From Sphingomonadaceae bacterium (GTDB taxonomy: Bacteria > Chloroflexota > UBA6077), in contig JBLNDL010000086.1 in the NCBI GenBank assembly GCA_050261575.1, positions 1 through 47,882 of the forward strand: a stretch of 47,882 bases of DNA. Reading direction: 5' to 3'. The position numbers and the translations under genes are program-made. Shown here piece after piece: positions 18,947 to 28,261 of the stretch. Within the stretch, counting starts at the first letter, position 1. Each line of letters opens with the position of its first letter. The notes under the pieces were generated by a model. It was given only the letters and a program-made list of their open reading frames with translations. It searched no databases and was not told the DNA's origin.

Positions 18947-19009
18947 CGGCCGGCCGTAGGCCGCCGGCCTCCCAAGTCGCGGCGCCCCCTTCACCCCAAC
19001 GATTCGCCC

Positions 19010-19044
19010 ACTGCGCCGGCCTCCGGGACGGAGGCCGGCGCAGT
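19010..19044. terminator. Perfect 16-bp hairpin after accA (terminator or REP-like)
   Basis: ACTGCGCCGGCCTCCG-GGA-CGGAGGCCGGCGCAGT; no U tract. Confidence 0.5.
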
Positions 19045-19368
19045 CGTCCCTTCCGCCAACGTTGCCGCCACAGACCGTGGAGGTTGGGATAACCCCGACC
19101 CCTCGGACACTACGAAGCTGATAGCTCTATCGGAGTTCGTGCGCGGAAGCAAACAAGGTATAATGTTTACGCACGTTGTCGCCGGCAAGGGGCTGAGTGC
19201 CCCCGCAGAAGGTTGGTGGCAGACCCGACTGTCTGCCCAAGGCGCGTACGCAGCGTGGCGCGAGCGAACTCAGCGTCACGGCCCCTCGAGGGCGCGGACG
19301 GTCGCCGTGAAGCTTGGACTTCTGGGGCAACAGCGAGCAGACGAACATCGCTAGGAGGGAAACGGACG

Positions 19369-20400
19369 TTGAGAGTCGCAGTTCTCACGGGCGGTGGAGA
19401 CTGCCCTGGACTCAACGCAGCTATTCGCGCCGTCGCGAGGAGCTGCTTTGCGCAGGATTGGACCGTTCTTGGAGTGAAGAACGGCTGGGCCGGACTCTTG
19501 GGCGAGGGTCAGATCGAGGAGCTCACTCGTAAGAGCGTATCGGGGATCCTGCACCTGGGCGGCACCATTCTGGGCACCTCCCGCACCAATCCTCTCAAGA
19601 AAGAGGCTCACATGGAGGAGGTCGCCAACAACCTCAAGAAGTACGAGATCGATGCCCTGGTGGCCATCGGGGGCGACGACACCCTGAGCGTGGCCAAGGG
19701 GCTCTACGATCGAGGGATCAAGGTCGTTGGTGTGCCGAAGACCATGGACAACGACCTGTCGGAGACCGACTACTGCATCGGATTCGACTCGGCGGTCCAG
19801 GTGGTCATGGAGGCGCTGGACCGGCTGCACACCACAGCTAGCGCACACCATCGGGTCCTCGTGGTGGAGGTGATGGGTCGCGACGCCGGTTGGGTGGCCG
19901 TGGAAGGCGGTCTCGCTGGCGGGGCTGACCTGATCCTCATCCCCGAGGTGCCCACCGACCTGGAGCGGGTGTGCAGGCACCTCGAGCGACGCCGCGCGGC
20001 CGGCAAGGACTTCAGCATCATCGTGGTCGCCGAGGGCGTGGAGATGCCAGGCTTGGCGGGCAAGGACGAGGTGTCCGAGGTGGACGCCTTCGGTCACGTC
20101 CGGCTGGACAAGCGGGGCGTGGGCGAGCTGCTGGCCAAGCGGATCGAGAAGGAGACCGGCTTCGAGACCAGGGTCACGGTGCTGGGCCATCTGCAGCGGG
20201 GAGGCTCCCCATCGGTGACCGACCGGGTCAACGGCACCCGCTTCGGGGTGGCGGCCGTCGATCTGATCAAGGAGGGCAAGTTCGGTTACATGCCGGCCCT
20301 CAAGGGCAACAAGATCGTTCCCGTGAAGATCGCCGACGCCGTCGGCCGATCCAAGACGGTGGACATCGAGCTGTTCAAGCTGGCCGAGCTGTTCTACTAG
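19369..20400 (+). CDS. pfkA: 6-phosphofructokinase (PfkA family, GGDD type)
   Basis: TGGGDCPGLNA, GGTILGTSR, IGGDDT, PKTMDND, EVMGR, LGHLQRGG; TTG start after SD AGGAGG. Confidence 0.95.
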   Translation: MRVAVLTGGGDCPGLNAAIRAVARSCFAQDWTVLGVKNGWAGLLGEGQIEELTRKSVSGILHLGGTILGTSRTNPLKKEAHMEEVANNLKKYEIDALVAIGGDDTLSVAKGLYDRGIKVVGVPKTMDNDLSETDYCIGFDSAVQVVMEALDRLHTTASAHHRVLVVEVMGRDAGWVAVEGGLAGGADLILIPEVPTDLERVCRHLERRRAAGKDFSIIVVAEGVEMPGLAGKDEVSEVDAFGHVRLDKRGVGELLAKRIEKETGFETRVTVLGHLQRGGSPSVTDRVNGTRFGVAAVDLIKEGKFGYMPALKGNKIVPVKIADAVGRSKTVDIELFKLAELFY

Positions 20401-20733
20401 GACCCCGCCACACTAAACGCGTCGTTCCTCGAGTCTTCGTTGTAGGGGTGGACCAGCGCGTCCGCCCAGCCCGTGCGCAGGCGACGGGGAGTGCACACGC
20501 AGCGTGAAGCGAGCGGGGCGCAGCGCTGCGCCCCGCTCCCCACTATTGTGGGTCGGGGTCGGCTCAACCCCGACAGTCCGTGGCACCATCGCCGTCGCCC
20601 GGGGACGCCCGACACACCCATCTCAGGCGCAAGGCGTGTAGAGCCCATTGCAGCGGGCGTGCTATAATCGCTCCGTAGCACCCCTCTTCACCGTGTGGGC
20701 GGTGCCTAGAAAGGAACCACTACGAAGGCGCTA

Positions 20734-21444
20734 GTGCGACTCATCCGAAGCATCCAGCGGGACATCGAGACCGTCTACTCGCACGACCCCGCTGCGGTCA
20801 GCACCATCGAGATACTCCTCGCCTACCCTGGGTTCCACGCCAGGCAGTTCCATCGTCTTGCCCACACCCTCTACAACTGGAGAGTGCCCGTTCTCCCTAG
20901 ACTGATCTCCCACCTCAGCCGGTTCCTGACTGGCATCGAGATCCACCCGGGGGCGAAGATCGGGGAGGGGTTCTTTATCGACCACGGCATGGGCGTGGTG
21001 ATCGGTGAGACCGCCGAGATCGGGGACAACGTGATGCTGTACCAGGGGGTGACACTCGGCGGCACCAGCATGCACAAGACCAAGCGACACCCCACTCTTG
21101 GGAACAACGTCGTGGTCGGCACCAATGCCCAGATCATCGGCGCCATCACCGTCGGGGACAACGTCCGCATCGGGGCGGGCTCCGTGGTGGTGAAGCCTGT
21201 GCCGCCCAACTGCACCGTGGTGGGGGTCCCGGGCCGGATCGTCGCGCGGGTGGACCCTGCCAACGGCACGGTGGAGAAGCTGCCGGACCCGGAGGCGGAG
21301 GCGATCCACTGCCTCCACCGTAAGATCGCGGAACTCGAGCGCCGACTAGCGGCCCTGGAGGGGCGGAAGGAAGAGGACGATGGCGAGTCCGATCCCGACG
21401 ACGAGATGCCCCTTGGCTCCGCGTCATCCCACGACTGGGTGTGA
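20734..21444 (+). CDS. cysE: Serine O-acetyltransferase
   Basis: [39 protein letters not shown]; extended -10 TGcTATAAT at 20660-20668. Confidence 0.95.
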   Translation: MRLIRSIQRDIETVYSHDPAAVSTIEILLAYPGFHARQFHRLAHTLYNWRVPVLPRLISHLSRFLTGIEIHPGAKIGEGFFIDHGMGVVIGETAEIGDNVMLYQGVTLGGTSMHKTKRHPTLGNNVVVGTNAQIIGAITVGDNVRIGAGSVVVKPVPPNCTVVGVPGRIVARVDPANGTVEKLPDPEAEAIHCLHRKIAELERRLAALEGRKEEDDGESDPDDEMPLGSASSHDWV

Positions 21445-21456
21445 GGAAGGGAGCCC

Positions 21457-21657
21457 ATGGAAATCACGAAGGACATGACAATCCAGGAGATAGTATCACG
21501 GCGCCCCGAGTCCATACCCGTCTTCGAGCGCTACGGACTCGGCTGCTACGTGTGCCTCGCGGCCGAGTTCGAGAATCTGGAGGCAGGGGCAACCCTCCAC
21601 GGGATCAATCTGGAGGATCTCCTCAGGGACCTGAATCGCCTTGCGAGTAACGAGTAG
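21457..21657 (+). CDS. DUF1858-like small CxxC protein
   Basis: ITKDMTIQEIV...F..YGLGCYVC...E.LE.GA.LHGI. Confidence 0.8.
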   Translation: MEITKDMTIQEIVSRRPESIPVFERYGLGCYVCLAAEFENLEAGATLHGINLEDLLRDLNRLASNE

Positions 21658-21725
21658 GGCGGGGGCTTGTCCCCCGTCGCGGTCGCCGGGGAACGAGTTC
21701 CGCGGCAGATGAACCCCTGCCCTAC
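21654..21725. repeat. GTAG-type REP-like inverted pair
   Basis: GTAGGGCGGGGGCTTGTCCCCCGTCG ... CCCCTGCCCTAC; near-identical unit at 32090-32115. Confidence 0.75.
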
Positions 21726-21851
21726 GGCTTCACCTACTCATTGGGGAGTGAGGTGCGATGGTGCATCGGTCAAGGATCCGGTTCGGTCTTCGTCTGCCCA
21801 CCACCTCCTCCTCACGCCGTTCTTCCTCGCCGTTCCATTTGGGAGGATGAT

Positions 21852-23261
21852 ATGCTCGATCAGTCCACTCTGGCGGAACTGGCCCGGATCGTAGGCAAGG
21901 AGAATCTGCTCACCTCGAGAGAGGACCTGGTGTGCTACGGCTTCGACGCCACCCCCCGGCTGGGTGAGCTGCCCGAGGCCGTGGCCAAGCCCGGCAGCAC
22001 CGAAGAGGTCTCCCAGATCCTCCAACTGGCTAATCGGGTGGGTTTCAAGGTGATCCCCCGAGGAGCCGGAACCAACCTCAGCGGCGGCAGCGTCCCGATC
22101 CAAGGCGGCCTGGTGGTCCAGTTGAACCGCATGAACCGGATCCTGGAGATCGACACGGAGAACCTCACCGCCCTGGTGGAGCCCGGCGTCATCACCAGCG
22201 ACCTCCACGCGGCCGTGGAGGCGCTGGGGCTCTTCTATCCACCGGACCCCGGCAGCATGACCGTCTCCACCCTCGGCGGCAACGTGGCGGAAAACGCCGG
22301 GGGGCTGCGCGGCCTGAAGTACGGGGTCACCCGTGACTACGTCATGGGGCTGGAGGTGGTGCTACCCAGCGGCGAGGTGATCACCACCGGTGGAAAGACG
22401 GTGAAGAACGTCACCGGGTACGACCTCACCAAGCTCATGGTGGGCTCCGAGGGCACCCTCGGCATCATCACCAAGATCCTCGTCCGCCTGATCCCCAAGC
22501 CCGAGGCCAAGAAGACCTTCCTGGTCTACTACCGAAGTCTGAACGACGCCGCGGAGACCGTGTCCAGCATCATCTCGAATCGGGTGATCCCCCCAACCCT
22601 GGAGTTCCTGGACAACGTGACGATCCGGTGCGTGGAGCAGTACATCCACGCAGGGCTGCCCCTGGACATGGAGGCGATGCTGCTGATCGAGGTGGACGGC
22701 CCGCGGTCCGTGGTGGAGGAGGACGCCGCCAAGGTCATGCAGGTGTGCCGCGAGCACAACGCGGTGGAGATCCAGGTATCCGAGACGCCGGAGGATAGCC
22801 TGCGGCTCGCCATGGGGCGGCGCTCGGCGCTGCCGGCTGTGGCGAGGCTGAAGCCCACCATGGTGCTGGAGGATGCCACGGTGCCCCGGAGCCAGGTGGC
22901 GGCCATGGTGCGCCGCATCCAGCAGATCGCCGAGAAGTACGGCCTGCTGATAGCCACCTACGGCCACGCGGGAGACGGCAACCTCCACCCGACCATCGTG
23001 TGCGACGAGCGGGATCACGAGCAGATGGAACTGGTGGAGAAGGCGGTCGACGAGATCTTCCGGGCGGCCCTGGAGCTGGGCGGCACCCTCTCCGGCGAGC
23101 ACGGCATCGGGCTCTCCAAGGCCGCATACATGCCGATGGAGATGAAGGACGCGGGCATGAAGGCCACCATCGCCATCAAGCGTGCGCTCGACCCCAACAA
23201 CGTCCTGAACCCGGGCAAGATGTACATAGACGAGTACACAGGATTGAGGACTGGGGACTGA
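21852..23261 (+). CDS. glcD: FAD-linked oxidase, GlcD/D-lactate dehydrogenase-like (copy 1)
   Basis: PRGAGTNLSGG, YPPDPGS, GGNVAENAGG, KYGVT, GSEGTLG, GHAGDGNLHP, SGEHGIG, LNPGK. Confidence 0.9.
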   Translation: MLDQSTLAELARIVGKENLLTSREDLVCYGFDATPRLGELPEAVAKPGSTEEVSQILQLANRVGFKVIPRGAGTNLSGGSVPIQGGLVVQLNRMNRILEIDTENLTALVEPGVITSDLHAAVEALGLFYPPDPGSMTVSTLGGNVAENAGGLRGLKYGVTRDYVMGLEVVLPSGEVITTGGKTVKNVTGYDLTKLMVGSEGTLGIITKILVRLIPKPEAKKTFLVYYRSLNDAAETVSSIISNRVIPPTLEFLDNVTIRCVEQYIHAGLPLDMEAMLLIEVDGPRSVVEEDAAKVMQVCREHNAVEIQVSETPEDSLRLAMGRRSALPAVARLKPTMVLEDATVPRSQVAAMVRRIQQIAEKYGLLIATYGHAGDGNLHPTIVCDERDHEQMELVEKAVDEIFRAALELGGTLSGEHGIGLSKAAYMPMEMKDAGMKATIAIKRALDPNNVLNPGKMYIDEYTGLRTGD

Positions 23262-23302
23262 GAGGCAGATCTCACTCAGCCCCCAGTCCTCAGCACTCAG
23301 GA
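23241..23302. repeat. Heptamer-tandem palindrome
   Basis: GGATTGA GGACTGG GGACTGA facing CTCAGCC CCCAGTC CTCAGCA CTCAGGA; contains the glcD stop codon. Confidence 0.75.
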
Positions 23303-23313
23303 CGAGGTGCCAC

Positions 23314-24609
23314 ATGGCAGAAGATAACGCATCCAAGGGATTCTCGCCAAAGCGGGTGCCGAGCTACGACGAGGTGCTCAACTGCATCCGCTGCGGTTTG
23401 TGCCTGTCGGTGTGTCCCACCTACCGGGAAGCCGGCACGGAGACCAACTCGCCCCGCGGGCGGGTGGCACTCGTCCGCGCCGCAGCCGAGGGGAAGCTAG
23501 AGCTCAGCCACAACTTCGTAGATCACATGTACCGCTGCCTCAACTGCATGGCCTGCGCTGCGGTGTGCCCCTCTGGGGTGGAGGCCCACGAGATCGTGGT
23601 CGACGCCCGGGTGGAGATCGACAGCAAGCTCCCGCAGCCAGCGGCCAAGAAGTGGATCTTCAAAGGGCTGGTCCCCTACCCTGGCCGGATGGAGGCAGCG
23701 GCCTGGCCGCTCCGGCTGTACCAGAGGTCCGGGCTGCGCTGGCTGGCCGAGCGCACCGGAGCGCTGAAGATCCTCCCATTCAATCTCGGGGAGACGGCGA
23801 AGATGCCCCCCACGCTACCCATGTCGCCGCTGCGGGGCCGGCTGCCCGAGGTGACCCCCGCGCAGGGCGAGCGCCGCTACCGGGTAGGTTTCTTCCTCGG
23901 CTGCGCTCAGAGCCTCCTCTACGCGGAGAGCAGCGAAGGGACGGTGCGCGTACTCTCCCGTAACGGGGCCGAGGTGGTGACCCCCAAAGAGACCGTCTGC
24001 TGCGGAATGCCTGCCATGGCCTACGGCGACCAGGACACGGCGCTGGCGCTGGCCAGACAGAACATCGACCTCTTCGAGAAGGCCGGCGTGGACGTCATCG
24101 TCACCGACTGCGCCACTTGCGGTGAGTCGGGCAGGCACTACGAGGAGTGGCTGAAGCACGATCCGGTCTACGCGGAAAAGGCAGCGGCGTACAGCAAGAA
24201 GTTCCGGGACATCAGCGAGTTCCTGGCCGAGATCCCGCTGGACGACCGGATGGGCGAGGTGAAGGCAAGGGTCACCTACCACGATCCCTGCCACCTGGTC
24301 CGCGGCCAGAAGGTCGCCGAGCAGCCCCGCAAGCTGCTGCAGATGATCCCGGGCGTCGAGTTCGTAGAGATGAAAGAGGCCAACTGGTGCTGCGGCGGGG
24401 CGGGCACCTACATGCTGACCCACTACCAGATGTCCATGGGGATACTGGACCGGAAGATTGCCAACGTGGCCGCGACCGACGCGGAGATCCTGGCTTCGGG
24501 ATGCCCCGTCTGCCAGATGCAGCTCGGCTATGGGGTGAGGCGCGCGAAGCTGCCCATGAAGGTGACCCATCCCGTGGCGCTGCTGGACAGGGCTTACCGC
24601 TCGAGGTAG
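23314..24609 (+). CDS. glcF: GlcF-like Fe-S protein (2x 4Fe-4S plus 2 CCG domains)
   Basis: CIRCGLCLSVCP, CLNCMACAAVCP, CCG, DCATC, YHDPCH, WCCG, GCPVC. Confidence 0.9.
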   Translation: MAEDNASKGFSPKRVPSYDEVLNCIRCGLCLSVCPTYREAGTETNSPRGRVALVRAAAEGKLELSHNFVDHMYRCLNCMACAAVCPSGVEAHEIVVDARVEIDSKLPQPAAKKWIFKGLVPYPGRMEAAAWPLRLYQRSGLRWLAERTGALKILPFNLGETAKMPPTLPMSPLRGRLPEVTPAQGERRYRVGFFLGCAQSLLYAESSEGTVRVLSRNGAEVVTPKETVCCGMPAMAYGDQDTALALARQNIDLFEKAGVDVIVTDCATCGESGRHYEEWLKHDPVYAEKAAAYSKKFRDISEFLAEIPLDDRMGEVKARVTYHDPCHLVRGQKVAEQPRKLLQMIPGVEFVEMKEANWCCGGAGTYMLTHYQMSMGILDRKIANVAATDAEILASGCPVCQMQLGYGVRRAKLPMKVTHPVALLDRAYRSR

Positions 24610-24615
24610 ACAAAG

Positions 24616-26013
24616 GTGAATATGCTGAATCCCGCCATCATCCAAGGACTTCGCCAGATCGTCGGGGAGAGGTGGGTACTCACCTCTCCCGAGGATCTCA
24701 TCTGCTATGGCTACGACGGCAGTTCCGTCCAGAAGCGAGCCGGCGTGGCCGTCCTCCCCGCCGATACTCAGGAGGTCTCTGAGATAGTGAAGCTGGCCAA
24801 CCAGGAGCGGGTGCCATTGGTGGCCCGAGGCACCGGCACCGGGCTGTCGGGTGGTTCCGTGCCGGACGAGGCCAGCATAGTTCTCAGCCTCACTCGGATG
24901 AACCGGATCAAGGAGATCGACCTGGTCAATCTGGTGGCGGTGGTGGAGCCAGGCGTCATCACCGCCGACCTGCAGGCGGAGGTGGAGCGGCACGGCCTCT
25001 TCTATCCCCCGGATCCAGCCAGCCTCAAGCAATCCACCCTGGGAGGGAACGTGGCCGAAGGGGCCGGTGGGCCCCGTTGCCTGAAGTACGGGACGACCAA
25101 AGACTACGTTCTGGGGCTGGAGGTGGTGTTGCCCACCGGGGAGATCATCCGTACCGGCGGCAAGCTGATGAAGGACGTTACCGGCTACAACATGACCCAA
25201 CTCTTCGTCGGCTCCGAAGGCACCCTGGGCATCATCACCGAGATCGTGCTGCGCCTCATCCCCAAGCCCGCGTCGAAGCGAACGGCCATGGCGATCTTCC
25301 CCCGCCTGGAGGACGCCACCCAGACGGTGACCAACCTGCTGGGATCGGGCATCCTCCCCTGCACCATCGAGATCATGGACAACACCACCATCAGGGTGGT
25401 GGAGCAGTACTTGAACATGGGGCTGCCGGTGGATGCCGGGGCCATCCTGATCGTCGAGGTGGATGGCCGGGAGGAGGCCATCGTGCCCGAGATCGAGCAG
25501 GTGGGGCGAATCTGCGAGCAGAGCGGAGCCTCCGAGGTGCAGGTATCGACCACCGAGGAGGGGTGCGAGGCCCTCTGGAGGGCGCGCCGAGCCGTCTCCG
25601 GTGCCCTCGGGCGCCTCGCTCCGGCCAAGCAGGGGGAGGACATATCGGTGCCCCGCAGCGCTATCCCCGAGATGGTGCGCCGGATCGGGGAGATCTCCAG
25701 ACGCCACGACCTCACCATCCCCGTCTTCGGCCACGCTGGGGATGGGAACCTTCACCCCAACCTGCTGTTCGACATGCGGGACGCGGAGATGATGGAGCGG
25801 GTGCATAAGGCATCTGCCGAGATCTTCGAGGCCGCCGTGGAGCTCGGTGGTACGCTCTCCGGCGAGCACGGGATCGGCCTGCTGAAGCAGCCCTACATCG
25901 GTCGCCGCCTGTCCCCCCAGGTTCTGGACCTCATGCGGCGGCTGAAAGCCACCTTCGACCCCAATCACATCCTCAATCCTGGTAAAATGATCTACCCGCA
26001 AACCCAGGACTGA
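24616..26013 (+). CDS. glcD: FAD-linked oxidase, GlcD-like (copy 2)
   Basis: RGTGTGLSGG, YPPDPAS, KYGTT, GSEGTLG, GHAGDGNLHP, SGEHGIG, LNPGK; alternative ATG at 24622. Confidence 0.9.
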   Translation: MNMLNPAIIQGLRQIVGERWVLTSPEDLICYGYDGSSVQKRAGVAVLPADTQEVSEIVKLANQERVPLVARGTGTGLSGGSVPDEASIVLSLTRMNRIKEIDLVNLVAVVEPGVITADLQAEVERHGLFYPPDPASLKQSTLGGNVAEGAGGPRCLKYGTTKDYVLGLEVVLPTGEIIRTGGKLMKDVTGYNMTQLFVGSEGTLGIITEIVLRLIPKPASKRTAMAIFPRLEDATQTVTNLLGSGILPCTIEIMDNTTIRVVEQYLNMGLPVDAGAILIVEVDGREEAIVPEIEQVGRICEQSGASEVQVSTTEEGCEALWRARRAVSGALGRLAPAKQGEDISVPRSAIPEMVRRIGEISRRHDLTIPVFGHAGDGNLHPNLLFDMRDAEMMERVHKASAEIFEAAVELGGTLSGEHGIGLLKQPYIGRRLSPQVLDLMRRLKATFDPNHILNPGKMIYPQTQD

Positions 26014-26084
26014 GGTTCGAGGACTGAGTGCTGAGGTTGGGAGCTTCCATCTCGGTCCTCAGTCCTGAGTCCTCAGTCCTCGAG
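26007..26084. repeat. Heptamer-tandem palindrome
   Basis: GGACTGA GGTTCGA GGACTGA GTGCTGA facing CTCGGTC CTCAGTC CTGAGTC CTCAGTC; contains the stop codon of glcD copy 2. Confidence 0.8.
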
Positions 26085-26100
26085 CCATCGAGGTGACGCC

Positions 26101-26490
26101 ATGCCCATCTACGAGTATCGTTGCCACGGCTGCAAACGGCGTGTCAGCGTCTTCTTCCGCAGCTTCGACACCGTCGGCGATCCGGTCTGCCCCGAGTGCG
26201 GCTCCACGCGGCTGACCAAGCTGGTCTCGCGGGTCGCCCTGATGAAGTCCGAGGAATCGAGGCTGGAGGATCTGGCCGACCCCAGCAACCTGGGCGACCT
26301 GGACGAGAACGATCCCAGGAGCATCGCCCGCTGGGCAAGGAAGATGGGCGACCAATTGGGCGAGGACCTAGGCCCCGAGTACGAGGAGATGATCGACCGG
26401 ATGGAGGCCGGCGAGATGCCCGACGACGAGATGGGCGGGACGGGCGGCGACGGTCTGGACGGCGCATCCTCTCCCATGGACGAGCTGTAG
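26101..26490 (+). CDS. FmdB family zinc-ribbon protein with acidic tail
   Basis: MPIYEYRCHGC...CPECGS...KLVS. Confidence 0.88.
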   Translation: MPIYEYRCHGCKRRVSVFFRSFDTVGDPVCPECGSTRLTKLVSRVALMKSEESRLEDLADPSNLGDLDENDPRSIARWARKMGDQLGEDLGPEYEEMIDRMEAGEMPDDEMGGTGGDGLDGASSPMDEL

Positions 26491-26666
26491 GGGCCATCGG
26501 CGGCGACGGCTTCAGTCGTTCGCCCTGCTCCCCCAGGTGCGTTCAACAGAACCGATCCACAAGATGGCGTAGATCGCCGCAGATGGGCCTCCGCCGAACC
26601 CGCATCCGTGCACATCCGCGGCCCCGAGGGAACGACACGCGGGCCGGCACCTCTGCCGGCCCCTAC
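26487..26666. repeat. GTAG REP-like doublet (REPIN-like)
   Basis: GTAGGGGCC at 26487 and inverted GGCCCCTAC at 26658-26666, with the internal palindrome GCCGGCA-CCTC-TGCCGGC. Confidence 0.65.
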
Positions 26667-26753
26667 CCCATCCCGGTACTCCCTGTCCCTCCTACGGCCG
26701 AGCGGCATGGAGCTTGCAGTGAACTACATGCACATGGATTATGGAGGTTTCTC

Positions 26754-27845
26754 GTGAAAATAACGAGAGTCCAGGCATCTACCCACCGAGTCTCCGTCCG
26801 GGTCCCCCTGATCGACAAGCCAATCGACCGAGAGATCGTCTTCGCGCGTGTCGAGACCGACCAGGGGATCACCGGCTACGGCATGACCAGCCAGATCCTC
26901 CGCTTCTCCGTCAAGGAGTTCATCAACCGCGAGCTGAATCCCTTCCTCGTCGAGAGAAACCCCTTGGACACCGAGCGGCTCTGGCACGACATGTACATGC
27001 GCTTCAACCAGCGCGGCAGTTCGGGAGCCGTGCAGGGCGGCATCAGCGCCGTGGATATCGCCCTCTGGGACGTCAAAGGCAAGTACCTGAACCAGCCCGT
27101 GTGGAGGCTGCTGGGCGGCAACTCCGCCAAGGTTCCAGCCTACATCACCTTCGGCCTGCCCGACTACAGCAGGGAACAGTTGGTGGAAGTAGCCAGGATG
27201 CTGGTCGGCCAGGGCCAGGACAAGCTCAAGATGGTGGTGGCTCATCACGGCGCGAAGGATATCCCCGAGGATGCAGCCCGGGTGAAGATCGTGCGGGAGG
27301 CCATCGGCGACGGGATCGAGCTGATGGTCGACGCCAACCAGACCCTCGACTACACCGACGCCCGCGACCTCTGCCGACGGCTGGAGCCATACAACCTCCG
27401 GTGGTTCGAGGAGCCCATCTTCGCCAACGACGTGGTGAAGCTCGCCGAGCTGCGCAAACACACCAGCATCCCCATCTCGGCCGGACAGAACGAGGGGCAC
27501 CGCTGGCGGCATCGGGACCTCATCGTGAACGAGGCAGTCGACATCGTCCAACCGAACGTGGTCTACGTGGGTGGATACACGGAGGGCTTGCGCGTCGCCC
27601 ACCTGGCCCAGGCGTTCAGCCTGCCGATCGCCAACGGCGGCGGGTGGCCGCACGTCAACGCCCACCTGCACGCGGGTGTGGCCAACGGCTGGCGGGTGGA
27701 GTTCCACTACGTCATGTGGCTGGTGGGCGAGGCGATCTTCAAGAACCCGCCCGGCCCCGTCGCGGGGTGGACCACCCTCTCCGAACAATCCGGTCTCGGT
27801 CTGGAGCCCAACGAGGACGTCTTGCGCGACACGCAGGAGCAGTGA
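26754..27845 (+). CDS. Mandelate racemase/muconate lactonizing enzyme (enolase superfamily) protein
   Basis: ETDQGITGYG, ISAVDIALWDVKGK, KLK, MVDANQ, WFEEP, ISAGQNE; GTG start after SD GGAGG. Confidence 0.92.
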   Translation: MKITRVQASTHRVSVRVPLIDKPIDREIVFARVETDQGITGYGMTSQILRFSVKEFINRELNPFLVERNPLDTERLWHDMYMRFNQRGSSGAVQGGISAVDIALWDVKGKYLNQPVWRLLGGNSAKVPAYITFGLPDYSREQLVEVARMLVGQGQDKLKMVVAHHGAKDIPEDAARVKIVREAIGDGIELMVDANQTLDYTDARDLCRRLEPYNLRWFEEPIFANDVVKLAELRKHTSIPISAGQNEGHRWRHRDLIVNEAVDIVQPNVVYVGGYTEGLRVAHLAQAFSLPIANGGGWPHVNAHLHAGVANGWRVEFHYVMWLVGEAIFKNPPGPVAGWTTLSEQSGLGLEPNEDVLRDTQEQ

Positions 27846-27901
27846 TTCCGTGTAGAGACGGTGAATCGACCATCCCACATCTTGCATCCAGCGGCTACAA
27901 T

Positions 27902-27931
27902 GTAGGGCAGGGGCTCCCGCTCCTGCCCTAC
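27902..27931. repeat. GTAG...CTAC hairpin (REP-like)
   Basis: GTAGGGCAGGGGC-TCCC-GCTCCTGCCCTAC. Confidence 0.75.
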
Positions 27932-28051
27932 ATTCGTGCCACGGGCATCGGCATCCGGCAAGGCGAAGCCATCGTCCGCCTGGGTTGTCCCAACTCAGGC
28001 TCCGTGCAACGAAGCCGTCACATCCTTTACGTCAATCCAAAGGAGGAGGAG

Positions 28052-28261
28052 ATGCTGCTGGATCGTCCCAAGGAGGAGATCGCGCGCGATCTCTTTGAGC
28101 ATGCGTCCAGGGCCTACGGGCCGGAGAGGGCCGAGACGCTGCGGACGGAGATCGACAGGGTTGCCGATTGGATCTCGCTGATCGCACCCATCAGGCTGGA
28201 GATCGACGCCGACGAACCCGACTTCGTGGTCGCGCCCGCCGGGCAGGGGGAGGTCCGCTGA
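28052..28261 (+). CDS. 69-aa protein, putative small amidase partner subunit (GatC/AtzG-like position)
   Basis: Strong SD AGGAGGAGG; helical MLLDRPKEEIARDLFEHASRAYGPERAETLR...DEPDF; stop overlaps the amidase ATG (TGATG). Confidence 0.65.
   Translation: MLLDRPKEEIARDLFEHASRAYGPERAETLRTEIDRVADWISLIAPIRLEIDADEPDFVVAPAGQGEVR

Noticed and set aside
23815..26001. 728-aa antisense ORF (also 41422..43392, 14450..15751 and similar)
   Set aside because: Shadow ORFs opposite well-supported genes, expected at high GC3
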